64,000 nucleotides of DNA from Podarcis vaucheri (taxonomy: Eukaryota): the NCBI GenBank assembly GCA_965113315.1, contig OZ220372.1, one strand, 5' to 3'. This document shows positions 49,831-64,000 of the stretch, piece by piece (position 1 is the first letter of the stretch; every line of letters starts with the position of its first letter). The notes below the pieces were generated by a model. That model was not told where the DNA came from, did no database searches, and was given only the letters and a program-made list of their open reading frames with translations. Position numbers and translations under genes: made by a program.

Positions 49831-51230
49831 ACCATAATCATGGTATCCTTCTGGACCGTCATGGGGGGCTGGGAGCTGGGGGCATTGTTATACAGTGGTT
49901 CTGCTCCTTCCTCCTGGGCCATGTCCAGAAAGTGGTGTTGGGGGATGAGTGGGCTCTCACTTGTGGGGTGCCTCAGGGCTCCATCCTCTCTCCCATGCTT
50001 TTTAACATCTGTATGAAGCCACTGGGAGAGATCATCAGGGAGTTTGGACTGGGTGTTCATCAGTATGCGGATGATACCCAGCTCTACCTCTCTTTTAAAC
50101 CGGATCCAGTGAAGGCAGTGAAGGTCATGTGTGAGTGCCTGGAGGCAGTTGGAGGATGAGTGGTGGATTGAAGTTGAATCCAACAAGCCAGAAGTATTGT
50201 TGCTGGGGGACAGTCCACGGGCAGGTGTGAGGGACTCTGTGGTCCTGAATAGGGTAACTGTGCCCCTGAAAGACCAGGTACGCAGCCTAGGAGTCTTTTT
50301 GGACTCACAGCTGTCTATGGAGGTGCAAGTCAATTCTGTTTCCAGGGCAGCTGTCTACCAGCTCCACCTGGTACTCAGGCTGAGACCCTACCTGCCCGTG
50401 GACTGTCTTGCCAGAGTGGTGCATGCTCTGGTTATCTCCTGCCTGGACTACTGCATGCACTCTACGTGGGGCTACCTTTGAAGGTGACTAGGAAACTGCA
50501 ATTAATCCAGAATGTGACAGCTAGTTTGGTGACTGGGAGTGGCCACCGAGACCACATAACACCGGTCTTGAAAGACCTACATTGGCTCCCAGTATGTTTC
50601 CGGGCACAATTTAAAGTGTTGGTGCTGATCTTTAAAGCCCTAAATGGCCTTGGTCCTGTATACCTGAAGAAGCGTCTCCACCTGGACACTAAGATCCAGC
50701 ACTGAGGAACTTCTGGCAGGTTCCACACTGCGAGAAGTGAAGCTACAGGGAACCAGGCAGAGGGCCTTCTTGGTAGTGGCACCCGCCCTGTGGAATGCGC
50801 TCCCATCTGATGTTAAGGAGATGAGTAATTGTGTGTCAAGGCCCCGTACCCCCTCCTTTGATGAATAAAACACGTGGACACCAGTATTTTAGGAAAAGGC
50901 CACAACTTTTATTGGTTACAGAATGAGTAGTATTGGTTTTGGCACTGGACCCGAACATACTGTAACATCTGACTCCTGCCCACCATGCAGGAAGTCTCAG
51001 AGGGCCTTCTTGGTAGTGGCGCCCGCCCTGTGGAATGCCATCCCATCAGATGTGAAGGATATGAGTAATTATATAACATTTAGAAACACCTTAAGGCAGT
51101 CCTATATAGGGAAGCTTTTTAAGGTTTGATGTTTTACTGTGTTTTTATATATGATGAAAGCTGCCTAGAGTGGCTTGGGCAACCCAGTCAGATGGACGGG
51201 GTAGAAATAATAAATTATTATTTTTATCAG
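49831..51230 (+). mobile_element. L2-clade LINE 3' ~1.2 kb, degenerate, interrupted at 50831-50997
   Basis: GVPQGSILSPMLFNI...HQYADDTQLYLSF, LHWLPV and the L2 3' stem-loop; multiple frameshifts. Confidence 0.92.
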
Positions 51231-52806
51231 TTTAACTTCTTATTGGATGTGAGTCCTGTGGTCTGTGTTGAACTCGAATTGTATAAAGAAGGAAAGGTAT
51301 TAGTGGTGGCCTATGAAACCCTGAATAGCTCGGGTCTAAGATGTACAAGGGACCACTTTTACTCCTTTGTTCCGCCACACCCTTTAATGCAGACTAGGAA
51401 TAATTTCTTTCCCTGCAGATTAGCCGAAACTCGAGCCTGGTGGAGTGGTCTTCTGGAAGTGATAGAAGGCATTTTAATTCAAGCTACTGGTGGCCAATAG
51501 TCCAGGAGAGACCAGAACCATTAGTATATTGTTACCTGTTCTGAAGTTTTGCAATGGGATGTGCTGCAACCCAATTAAATAATGGAAACCCCGCATAGTA
51601 CATGTCTACTTTTATGTAAGCATCAGCAGGCAATTCCTGGTGTGTTTTGAACCTTACTGGTTCCTCTTGTAGGGATAGACAGATTTTGAAATCAAACTGT
51701 TAACAGCTGTGTTGAATGAATGAGTCTGTATCTAACATCTGTCTATTTTTGGTCCCTGAAATGATGGCTCTTTATTGTTCACATGGGATCAGAGAGCGAA
51801 GGGGTCTATTATGCCAGTTTCAGGGAGATTGCAAATGTGGCCTTCATGCCTCAAGAAGCTGCTGCTTGTGGAATTTTGCAACTCTTTGATCTGGCTGCTC
51901 TTTTTTTAGCCTGTGCAGTTCATTCATGTAGATTACTGTTTGCTTTTCAAGATTTAGCTTCCCTAACTTCAGAAAGTAGGTTACTGAAAGAGGCGTATGT
52001 CATTGCTTTTAAGTGCAAGGAACTTTCTCCTCTGTCAATCAGAGGTTACTGTTCATGCTCAAGCCTGCTTTCCTTTAGACAGATTGATGGGGCATCTTTC
52101 GATTAACTAGTTTTTAAAGCTTGTGACTGCATACTCTCTGTACATGTAGCTGCCTAGCTGCCTGAAATAAAATAACAATAACCCATAATGTTAAGATTTT
52201 ACCTGTGTATTCACAAAAGCAAATGACTTCAGTTTAGACCATCATTTTGCTTCCAAGTGGCCAAGTTCCCTTGTTTTTTGTATCAGAAGTGAATCATGCA
52301 GAATTTGGTACTAAATTCCCAGTACCACCTTCTACACAAGGAACACTTTTCATTTGGAAATGCCTGGAGGGGACTTATCTGATGTGGGTTCTTTCCCAAT
52401 TGCTGCTGGGAGGAGAGTTGGGGAGAGAGCAAGTGAGAGAAGGTTATGTTCCAAGGCCCATACCAGCAGGGCTCTCCAAACAGGTCCAGGTACAGTACTT
52501 TGTAGAGCAGGTGTAGCTAAGCTGTCTCTGTCCAGATGTTGTTGGATGACCACTCCTGCTAGTCTTGGCCCAGCATGGCCGATGCTCAGGGATGGAAGAT
52601 GTTATAGTTCAACAATGTGGGGATGGGAACAAGACAAACATGTCAGTCATCTCTGGTATACAGCATTGAACCAAAACATGGCAGATCCAAGTAAAATTTT
52701 TGGACTGTATTGGGCAGCTTAAGCTAAACTGATTTGTAGCTAAGAGTTCTGAGACACGAACTTGCCAGATTGTAACAGGAAAATGGGTGACTCTTAAGAC
52801 ACCAAT

Positions 52807-53105
<299 letters not shown>

Positions 53106-53164
53106 TAGATTTCTGTGTCTGCGATTTACCTGCAAAAGCTTCAATATCATCTATAGAACTAAAG

Positions 53165-53409
53165 CAGGGGTCAGCAACCTTTTCCAGCTGTGTGCCGATC
53201 CACTGTCCCTCAGACCATGTGGTAGGCCGGACTACATTTTGGAAAAAAATAATGAACCTATGCCCCACAAATAATCCAGAGATGCATTTTAAATAAAAGG
53301 ACACATTCTATTCATGTAAAAACACACTGATTCCCAGACCGTCTGCAGGCCGGATTGAGAAGGTGATTGGGCCGCATCCGGCCCCAGGGTCTTAGGTTGC
53401 CTACCCCTG
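53165..53409. mobile_element. hAT-Charlie-type MITE inserted in the TEX30 retrocopy
   Basis: TIRs CAGGGGTCAGCAACCT / AGGTTGCCTACCCCTG; 8-bp TSD AACTAAAG/ATCTAAAG; inverted homologue of 19518-19763. Confidence 0.9.
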
Positions 53410-53547
53410 ATCTAAAGCATATAAAGGTGTTGTGGAATATTTAAGATCATCAGGCAACTACATACTTTCTGGCATTTTTCTTGGAGGCTGTTCAAGTGGC
53501 TTGTGTGCTGTTGCCTCCGTGATACATCAAGCAGAACAAGATAATGA

Positions 53548-53946
<399 letters not shown>

Positions 53947-53998
53947 TGACAACCACAGCCACTCTCAGCCTCAGGGCTGCTACTGATTTATCCTAGTA

Positions 53999-54222
53999 CA
54001 GTGGTACCTCGAGTTAAGAACTTAATTTGTTCTGGAGGTCCGTTTTTAACCTGAAACTGTTCTGAAGACCACTTTAGCTAATGGGGCCTCCTGCTGCCGC
54101 TGCACAATTTCTGTTCTCATCCTGAAGCAAAGTTCTTAACCCGAGGTACTATTTCTGGGTTAGCGGAGTCTGTAACCTGAAGCATCTGTAACCTGAAGCG
54201 TCTGTAACCCGAGGTACCACTG
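53999..54222. mobile_element. Tigger-like MITE
   Basis: TA-CAGTGGTACCTCG...CGAGGTACCACTG-TA. Confidence 0.9.
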
Positions 54223-55474
54223 TATTGGTAACAGAAGACATGCCAGTTCCCAGTCCATAAAAGTGAGAAACAGCCCTGGGAATAAGCTGCAGTATCTATC
54301 TATCTACCTGGGTGCTGGAAGGAAGACCGCTCTGCTGCAAGGCCCCTTTGCATCTGGCTTAGAGGCAGAGCGCAGACTCACCCTGAACAGCTAAAAGGCT
54401 CCTGGGAGGCTGGAGGGACATTGCTGGAACCACTCTTGACTTCGGGCAACGGGCTAAAATGTTTTAAACAGTTCTAATTTTGGTTGCTCTGCTTAGTTTT
54501 TGTCAGGTTGGTGTTGGTTAAATGTTTAGTTGGGGTTTACAGTTATACCCAAATTAAAATAACTGCTAGCTCTTTATTGTTATTGTTGTTGTTTGTTTCT
54601 ATTGATTTCTTGGTTTGTTTGTTGCTTGTATAGGATATTTTGTTTTTTCAATGTTTGATGTTTTGCTGTGTTTTTATATATGCTGTAAGCCACCCAGAGT
54701 GGCTGGGGAAACCGAGCCAGATGGGCGGGATATAATTTTAAAAATATATTATTAAAATTGCTACCTCCTGTTGCCTGTCTGTAAAGCAGAAAAAAGGATG
54801 ACCTTTCTTGCAGAGTTATGGTGAGGATAAATGTAAAGCACTTTGACAGGGAGAGGACACTGTTTTTGCTGATGCAACTGGAGTTGGATCTATAAGGCTC
54901 AGGCAACCTGGGCTGTAGATGACACATAACACTTTGATGGCTAGCTTCCGTTAGTTTTATGGGGTTGACCTTCATTAAGGAAGTGGAAGCGAGGACGTGC
55001 CAGATATTTCTCCCAGCCTGAACCTTCTGCTTTAGCTTTATGCTGTATCTGTATTTACAGTAAATGTTCCGTCACCAAGGCTAATATGTACCAGGCATAA
55101 TCCTTAGTAATTTACGGTATCTCAGCTATATAAGTTTTCCAGTGCCCTGTACAGCAAAGTATAGAATTGTATCTCCTGTTCCATAAAAAAATGAAGCTAC
55201 CAAAATTCTGTACCTGGAACATTTCACAGGGAGTGGAGAAGACACTTTTCTCTCTCTCCAACCCCCAGTATTTCAGACCCCAGACAACTAATCTTCAGAG
55301 GCATCTATATCTTGCTGGCCCAGTATTCCATTCACTAAGTGTTACAAACGATGACAGTTGCAACTAAAATTAGTCAAGCTCCATTGCAAATCAGGTTTAT
55401 ATTCAAAATTTACAGACTTTCAGCTGTTTGCAGTGAGAAAATCAAACAAAAGCAATTGAAATAGCCCAAAACAA

Positions 55475-56478
55475 TATTATCAGTTAAATGATATTTTTAG
55501 GCTGGATAAAGGAACTGGTTTTGGTAAAGAATTTTCAAGATTGCAAAGAGAAGTGCTGGAAAATAATGAAAAAATTCTGTCAAAAATATATAAATTGGTG
55601 CTAGAGTGGGAAACAAAAGATGAAGAAGTAAATCTGTAATAATTCATTGGGCAAAAGATGTGGGACATAACATACAAATTACCTCATGGGAAAAGTTAAG
55701 GAATAAAGATCAAAATTTACTGTTTGCTGTCCATTAAAAGAAAACATGAAAATGATGTATAGATGGTATCTGACTCCTACAAGACTTGCAAAAATGTATA
55801 AGAACAGAACCAACATATGTTGGAAGTGTAAAGTTAAGGAGGATACATTCCACCATATGTGGTGGACATGTAAAATAGCTGAGCCCTTCTGGGAAATGAT
55901 TTACAACGAACTGAAAAAAAATGGTATAACTTTATTGAATACATTAAAGAACACTATGAGAGTTTAAAAACATTAGCAGGATTCACATAATGCTTGTAAT
56001 TTAAATTAACAAAGGATAACAATAGAGTATAACAAAGTTAGATAAAGTAATTAGAGGCAGTTAAAAGGGGAAGAATTCTGGAAGCCGGGGGAGGGGTGGG
56101 AGGAAGTCCTGGGGTTCAGGGAACCTCATAAAGGTATTGATATGAATATGGTTTTTCTAAAATAAGTGTATATGTCTGTGTGTATATGTATACAGTGGTA
56201 CCTCGGGTTACATACGCTTCAGGTTACAGACTCCGCTAACCCAGAAATAGTACCTCGGGTTAAGAACTTTGCTTCAGGATGAGAGCAGAAATTGCGGCGT
56301 GGCAGTAGCAGGAGGCCCCATTAGCTAAAGTGGTGCTTCAGGTTAAGAACAGTTTCAGGTTAAGAATGGACCTCCAGAACGAATTAAGTTCTTAACCCGA
56401 GGTACCACTGTATGTGTGTGTGTTTTTAAAAAAGATTTATTTTTTTTGAAATTTTGAAAAGAATTAGAATAGTAATAA
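55475..56478 (+). mobile_element. L1/Tx1-like LINE 3' fragment inserted in the left Tc1 TIR
   Basis: KMMYRWYLTPTRLAKMY...CWKC....TFHHMWWTC zinc-knuckle; 18-bp TSD TGAAATAGC(C/T)CAA(A/C)ACAA. Confidence 0.85.
56193..56410. mobile_element. Tigger-like MITE nested in the L1 3' UTR
   Basis: TA-CAGTGGTACCTCGGGTTA...TAACCCGAGGTACCACTG-TA. Confidence 0.92.
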
Positions 56479-56846
56479 TGAAATAGCTCAACACAACAGG
56501 TGCTTCAGGTGGTTTCCCCAAATTCAGCTGAAACTGCAACTTATACTGGCTTGTCCAGTCTCACTATTATTCAGCCTCTCCGTGGCAAGCATCTTTAGTA
56601 TTTAGTAGAGCAAAGGCTGCTATGACGTGCTGTAAACGAGATCCATAGCCTGATAGTAGCTTCCAGCAGCATTCCTGAGGAATCTGAGCCCATTCCTCGC
56701 ACCAGAGATTTTCTGTGGAGTTCAAGTCAGGTGACTGTGATGGCCACTGTAGAACCTTCCAGGACTATTTCTGCAACCAGACCTTGGTGGAATTTGAGGT
56801 ATGCTTGGGATCATTGTCCAGTGACACCGAAGCGTCAGCTTCTTCA

Positions 56847-57098
<252 letters not shown>

Positions 57099-59884
57099 TT
57101 ATTTATATGATTTTGAGTATATTGGAGTTGACTTTTCTTGTGATTTTGGGTCACTACTGGTGTACGTCTTGGAGTTCTGGCATGGAAAGCATATGTGTTT
57201 TAGTTTGTGCTTTACTGTGTTCACTGAAACCTCAGTGCCTACGGCCACCATGTCTTGCTGCAGCTCTTTTGCAGTCACTTGAGGGTTTCCCCCCAGCCTG
57301 CCCTCTCAGAAATCTGGTTGCTGCCTCAGATAGCTTCTTTTTTCTGCCCCGTCCAGGTAGTGTAACTTTGAACTTGCAAAATATGCTTCCAACATTCAGT
57401 GCCTTTGTTATCTTGTTGTATCCTGCGCCTTGTTTGTGAAGGGCAATAATCTCTTCTCTTACCTTCTTGGACCATTCTCTTGACCTACCTATATTTCTAC
57501 CATGCAGCCAAATTTGACACTCAGCAAACCCCTAGTCAGTTCAGGTATTTCGTGTGTGGCAGCTGAAGCACACCTGGTGCAACTAATTAAGCCCTTGATT
57601 GGTTACATCAGGTGTGTTTGAGAAAAAACCTGTTGTATTTGTGCTGTTGTTACAGATTCTAGTCAGGGGGTTGAATAATAGTGAGACAGGAGAAGCCAGT
57701 ATAAGTTGTATTTTCAGCTGAATTTGGGGAAATGAAGCATTTGTTGTTTTGAGCAATTTCAATTGCTTTTGTTTGATTTGCTCATTGCAAACAGCTGAAA
57801 GTCTGCAAATTTTGAATAATTCCGATTGCAACTGTATACCATATGAATTTACAGCTGGCTAAACTCACAAAATCAACCCTAAATTATTAAATTGATGCCC
57901 CCCATCTAGGCATCAATTTTGTTTAGAGGTGCCAGCAAACACAGTTTGTGAAATGGCATTGTCATTTGCACAGATGCTGGCTTGATCCCGCCCCTGTCTC
58001 CTTGGCAACTGGGATGTCTGCTTCTTGCTGCACTTCACAAGGTGTTAGAATAAATTCTAAAAAGTGAGAATGTAAACTGAGGGATTAAGCAGCGTTCAGT
58101 GGCTTCAAATACAAGGGGGAGGGTTAATCCTCCATTTAAGCTTTATGAATGAAGCTGCGAGAGAGTTGAACTTTAGCATGGCACTTTCTGATTGCTGCCT
58201 CTGGTCTGTTAGGCTTCTGTGTGTTTGAGTGGCCTTGCAAGCAATGGTGGAGCTGCTGCTTAAATCTTCTTTTGTGTCTTTGTCTGTGCCAGCACTGATG
58301 TAGTCTATTGAACATAGTGCCCATTCAGGACCATATTTTCCACCACTCATAATACGTAGGTGTCTGGAGTCTGGCACATGGCAGATGAGAAGCGGGCAAG
58401 GATGAGGGTGTGAATGGAAGAGGCTGGATTGTGATGTGCTCTTAGGGATGTGGAAAATAAGGATGTGCAGGGGGCATATAGAATAGAAGAATGTTGAAGA
58501 GCCAAAATACATTACATGAAATGGCTTGTGCATCTGTTGTTGGATGCTAGTATTTCACTTAGGCGGGAGATTTGATTGTTTTCTTATGGGGGAGCAATTT
58601 AAAGTAAACCTTCAAAGAAAAAAATGACGCCAAGCCCCTCCGCCAAACCTGCACTAGCCCTTTCCGTAACATGCTAGTTTTGTATGATTTGTAGGAGGAC
58701 ATTTCACTGTTTGATTCTCGTTTGAAGTGGCCACAAGCAAAAAGCTGTACTACTTGCCTTTCTACTAATGTATGTTTCAGCTCATATATGGAGGCCAGCA
58801 ACAAGACCCTGATTGGTCGGCAAACAGCAGGCTCCAAACTCTCTTGTTTTATTTATTAAATTTATATCTTTCCCTTCTTCTCAAGGGAGCCTAGAATGGC
58901 TAACAACAAGTAATAAAACAATAAAAGCATATTCTTCTTTTTTAAAAAAAGTGTTTATCACATCATGTTGTGGTAGTTTGTGGCAACCTATGTATTTTTA
59001 AAGAAGAAAAATGGTTCTGCATGATTAGCAAAAGCCACTAACAGAAATAAACGGCTTACATTTTACAACCTGTCAGCTCCAAGCTTGTGGCTGGCAAATG
59101 TGTGGTATCTTGCATAAAACCCAAAAACATAATGAGAACAGCTCTTGGGGAGAACATTGGGGGCCTCTGTTGTGTAGCGCCTGTGCAACTGGTGACCAGC
59201 AGTCCACATGAAGCCATCCAGCCATTTTCTTTGGTTTACCAAGTATTTGACAGTTTCTCTGATTTTGCAGTCCCAGGGAGGCAGCACTTGGTGGCCCTCC
59301 ACATGCCCCTGGTGTGCTGCCTGAATCGCAACTTGTGTGTGCTGGTTCAGTTTTACAACATTTTTCTTGCAATTTTTGCAGCTGGTTATGAGCTGAAGCT
59401 ATAAACCTTGTTGTTGTCTTTATAAATCCCATTGTAGCTAGCAGGACACAACTGCAAAACATGTGGTTTTTGAGGGTTTGTTAAGACCTCAGTTCTCCTG
59501 TGAGCTAACTTTTCATCTGCCAGCTTTTGAAGGGAACAGATGTTCTCCAAACCAGACAGGCTATAACTGTGCATGCTGTTGGAAATAGGCATTCTGCAGG
59601 AATGCAATCTCTCTCCCCACACAAATGCTAGGTTCCCAAGCAACCCAACCTTGCCTAAAGCAGGTCTGGGTGACATGCACCTGTGGACATGGTTGGGAAC
59701 AAAATCCTGTTCTGCAAATGCTGAAGTGAAGTAAGGAGTTGGACTAGATGACCCTTGGGGTCCATTCCAACTCTGATTCTATGATCGTTTGCAGATTGCT
59801 TAATTTAGTTGTGGCTTCTGAAGGGTTGAAAAACATGTTTAACATTGTCGCTTCATTACTTCAGGTATTTGCAGAATCCAGAAA

Positions 59885-59948
59885 ATGATGAGTGATGCAA
59901 GTGAGATGCTGGCTGCTGCTTTGGAACAGATGGATGGCATTATTGCAG
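59885..59948 (+). CDS. PPFIBP1: PPFIBP1 (liprin-beta-1) first coding exon, MMSDASEMLAAALEQMDGIIA(G)
   Basis: ATG at 59885 in context GAAAATGA. The translation matches the liprin-beta-1 N-terminus as I recall it. Candidate acceptor TTACTTCAG ends at 59864; donor GT at 59949; phase 1. Confidence 0.96.
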
Positions 59949-61089
59949 GTAGAACATTAACCCAATGTTTTCTTTTGATCTGCTTGATTGCCCTTTTGCT
60001 CCTGGAGGGGATGTGTTCTGGAGTAGGAAGCCACTGAGCATGGTGAATTTCTCTCTTCAGAGAATCAAACCAAAACTTCTTTTCTCTTTGCAGATTCATT
60101 CAAACCAAACCATTAACTTGCTTGAAGCTCTCTGCTTCGCCCTCACCATCTGTTTTTCCAAGCTGTCAGGTGATGTGGCTCCTACTGTTCATTTGAGGGA
60201 GGAATGCTTTCCCCAAATATAGGTTAAAGTGTTGTGCGTGTTGGAGGTTATCAAAGGGAGAAGAAGGGCCACGAGGAGCAACCTGGATTATGTTAGCACA
60301 AAAAAGGGGATGAGGTGGTAAAATTGTGCCTGGACAATGGCAGAGATGGCAGGTGGGGGAATTGCACCGTTGAACAGCTTTTTCATGGAGATAAACATTC
60401 CCTACTCATAACAAATCAGCATATAAGAAGGGTAGGCCTGCATTACCTTTATGTACCAGGGTTTTGTGACTGATGTAGCATGTTCCCATCGATGGTCCAC
60501 ATTCCTCCCCCCATCTGAATTAGCACAGCCCAATAACAGTTGGATCACCTCATCAGCTATTTGTGAGAACTAGGTCTCAACTGCACTGTCTCTCTTACTC
60601 AATTCTGAAATATATCCCCAGGGGAAGGGATCTTCCGGCCAGGCACACTAGCATTTGGGTTTGATTTCATGCCAAGCCAAGCTGTGCAAACAGCTGTTTA
60701 AACTAGAAAAGTATTCTGAGTGGGTGCAGAAGACATGAAGGTGCCGAGTTTCCAGATTAGTGATGTTATTTCCCTTGCAAAATGCTTTCTGAAATGGATA
60801 ATAGCATATTATTTCCTCCCGTCCATCTCACTTCAGTCATATAGATTTTCTAAGGATTTGCATCATAAATACATGTGTCCAACAGATGTGAATATAGCAC
60901 ATTACAATTGCATTTGCGTTTCCTTAAAGGTTATTGTCTCCAGACTGACCTTGATAAGGCATTTAAAGGAATACGAATAAAATTATCAACACTATGGTGT
61001 AGAAAAAGGACCACATTTTGTCAGTGAAGTACTTGAAAAATCAATACTCAAACTCAAATATCAATACTCAAACTTATGTGGCTTTATTA

Positions 61090-61256
61090 CTGTATTTTTC
61101 CATCTATAAGACACACCCATGTATAAGACGCCCCCTATTTTTGGGGACTCAGATTTAAGAAAACGGGGGAGATGGCCTATAGTATAAGATGCCTCCTAAT
61201 TTTTGAGATTATTTTTTAAGGAAAAAACCATAGTCTTATACATGGAAAAATAACGG
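61090..61256. mobile_element. Tigger/pogo-like MITE
   Basis: TA-CTGTATTTTTCCATCTATAAGAC ... GTCTTATACATGGAAAAATAACGG-TA; a shorter relative lies at 61565-61653. Confidence 0.8.
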
Positions 61257-63183
61257 TATTTGTTTAATCCTATCAGCCTTGATAGTAAAACAGAGCTTCT
61301 GTGTTCAGGAACAAATTGTTATTATTATTTACTATTATTACCCCTGAACTGCAGGTGTGAGAGAGAACAGGGAAGGTATGTTTCTATCATGCACTCCTTG
61401 TGAGCTTCCCAGAGGCCCCTGGCTCTTGTTTTTCTGGACCCCGTTGGACCGAGGCCTGAACCAGCAAGGTGGATGCACCTTGCATAATATAGCACCTTAT
61501 GAGATGTTGCAATAAATAAAATCCACAAAATGAGAAAGAATAACCTGTGCTCTTCCTCTAAATACCGTATTTTGCCATGTATAAGACAACCTTTTTCCTT
61601 TGTAAAAATTTAGTGATAAATTGGGGGGTCGTTTTATACACGGGTTAATATGGTGAGGAGCCAGAGCAGAGGATCGTCAAAAGACAGCTCAGTGAACTTA
61701 CAAAAGAAGCTCAACACCTCCTTTAGCTGGTCACCTGAATTATGCTAGTGAAGTAGATGGCCTGAACTCGGACAGAAGAGACCTTGGTCCAGATTCCCAC
61801 TCGGTCATGGAAGTCATTGTGTGACCTTGGATCTTCATTATATCTTTCAGCCTCACTTTCCGAACAGATGCCCCATGAAAGTTACTCAGGGCAGGATATA
61901 AATATGATAGAAAGATAAATACTCTATTTGTAAGATTTATATCTTCCCTTTCATTGTAAGCAGTTATGGATTAGGGCACATTCAAATGAAAAACTAGGCA
62001 AAACCAGCCAATTAAAGAGTAAATTCATTTCAAATTTGAAATGCTTAACCCGTTTTACTGTGTTAATCCTGGTTGGAGGGAAGAGATGGGTTTTCAACTG
62101 GCACCAAAAAATGAGTGCAGAAGCCTGTGCTTTTAGAGGTCTCTGGTCCACACAAACAGCTTGCTGCAAAGAGGCCTGTGGCAATTTAAAGGCGGCCTTC
62201 ACGCAGAAATGGTTCCATGTGCAGCCACCTGGGCTTGCTCTCTTCTCTTGCTTCCTGGGCATCAGACTTCGGAGCACAGATGCTGAAACTTCTCTCCTTG
62301 CAAAAGCTGTAGCCTTTGCTGCCTAAAGCACAGTTCACAGCTTTCCGTTGTCTTCTCTCCCCTAGCACTAATAGTTAAAGGATCCCCTTGCATCCACGCA
62401 ACATACTGTGATGCCTCAAAAATTCTGTTCTTCAGAATTGTTGAGGTCACAGCTGATGTCTTCTGTGTGACTGTAGTGTTAAAGCTCAGTTAATGGCTGG
62501 TATTGAGGCATTAATTAAACCATATATGTTGCAAAGGCTGCCCTGCAAGCAGCAAGACCAGAGGCCTGGATTGGATATATAGCATAAGAGCAATTTTCAT
62601 AACACTTTACAAGGTGTCTTCAGGTTTAGGCAGACCTGTCTACACTGCTATGCAGTAAACTAACTGTCATAATTCATTTGTACACTGTAAATGTCACCCA
62701 CATAATCTGGTTTGTAGGGTTTAATGTACAACTATTCAAAACTGCAAGCTTGTATAAATCAATGGTAGTACACAGGACACAGAGCTCATGTATTGCAGCA
62801 GAGATACCTGAAAAACCTGGGTTTAAATCCTGACGAAGCCATGAAGTGCTCAAGGTAACTTTTGAGCGAGTTACATTCCCTCAACCCAGCTCATAAAGGG
62901 TAAGGAGGGGGGGGGGGAAATGGGATAACCTATATTCTTCCTTAAGACCTTGGAAGAAACGTAGTATACAAAGTTGAGGAATACATAAATAAACAGCTGA
63001 ATATTTTCTTCATGTCACTACAACATTGGTCACACCTTTCAAAAGCTACCACTTTCATCAGGCAATATGATCACCGATTTGGGTTGATTTTTAACCTCCA
63101 TTTTTGTAGCAGTTCTTTCATTATTTTGAATCTGTTTCCCTACTTGTGCTGTAGTCAAGTGTTTAAATATTTGTGCTGTCCAG

Positions 63184-63389
63184 GTTCCAAGGCTCTGGAA
63201 TATTCGAATGGCATATTTGACTGCCAGTCTCCGACTTCTCCATTCATGGGGAGCCTGCGAGCGCTGCATCTCGTGGAGGATTTGCGTGGCTTACTGGAGA
63301 TGATGGAAGCGGATGAAAAAGAAGGATTGCGGTGTCAAGTCCCAGATTCGACAGCAGAGATTTTGATGGAATGGTTGCAGAGCCAAATG
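63184..63389 (+). CDS. PPFIBP1: PPFIBP1 second coding exon (206 nt), (G)SKALEYSNGIFDCQSPTSPFMGSLRALHLVEDLRGLLEMMEADEKEGLRCQVPDSTAEILMEWLQSQM
   Basis: Acceptor CAG ends at 63183 and donor GTAAGG starts at 63390. The phase fits the previous exon (64+206=270 nt). The peptide is near-identical to the recalled vertebrate liprin-beta-1 sequence. Confidence 0.97.
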
Positions 63390-63718
63390 GTAAGGCATTT
63401 GCATGGATTATTGGCAAATACAATGTATGTAGTCATACAATGTGGGTATATATGTGCACTGCTTCTGTGTTTGATCTTAATGTGCACTGCTTAATGATTG
63501 TCAAATACTGCAGTGCTGCTAAATGCATATCAAAGCCCCACGTTGCCACGCTGCGTTTTTGCTTGATTCCCTTAGGCTGTTTCGTCAGGTTGCTTCCTTT
63601 CTGTGTTCCTTTCACAATGATACAGAATACATTATATTACTTAATTTTGTCTTCATCCCTGTTTTGAAAAACAATGCCGCATTCTTTTTCAAATTTTTCT
63701 GATTTGAAGGTGTGAAGC

Positions 63719-64000
63719 TAGGGTTGCCTAATGTCCAGATTTTCCCAGACATGTCCTCTTTTGCAAAGGTAAAATCACCATCCGGGTTGATTTTTAATAT
63801 TTTGCAGAACGTCCGGCTTTTTATTTTCTGTACCATTATTACCAGGGCCGCTCTAGGACTCGCAGTGGCGAGGCCTCGTGCAGCCTTCCAGGGCTGCTCC
63901 AGGCTTTGTGGTGTTTCCAATGGCTGCCAGGCCTGCCATGACCTTTCGGGGGTCGCGCTGGGCCTGGCAGCGCCTCCGTCTGGAGACACAGCGTCTCGTG
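63719..64000. mobile_element. hAT-Tip100-like element, left part (probably continues beyond the window)
   Basis: TAGGGTTGCC terminus followed by GTCCGG-type subterminal repeats and a CpG-rich interior. Confidence 0.55.

Noticed and set aside
63012-63494. 160-aa ORF as a single-exon gene
   Set aside because: Only 63184-63389 is coding. The flanks are intronic read-through beyond canonical splice sites.

Overview
Vertebrate genomic DNA. The repeat content (Sauria SINE, RTE-BovB, squamate-type L2/CR1/L1, Penelope, many hAT and Tc1/mariner MITEs) points to a squamate, probably a lacertid lizard. The only intact protein-coding sequence I can support is the first two coding exons of PPFIBP1 (liprin-beta-1) on the + strand: 59885-59948 and 63184-63389, which splice in frame to 90 codons. 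The preceding ~60 kb is most likely the long 5' intron region of that gene and is densely filled with transposon relics, several of them nested. Other notable items: (1) an intronless, disabled TEX30 retrocopy (~52783-53830) hit by two later insertions; (2) a Penelope fragment with a decayed minimal hammerhead-ribozyme motif inside a solo LTR; (3) a perfect 36-bp inverted repeat; (4) a candidate recursive splice site; (5) an AT-rich element with a 9-bp TSD present as two inverted copies; (6) an IR/DR Tc1 relic containing an L1 that in turn contains a MITE. There is one 136-N assembly gap. I do not see convincing evidence of a wholly new multi-gene system. Most ORFs in the supplied track are spurious or repeat-derived. 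All family assignments come from recognition by eye, not from database searches.
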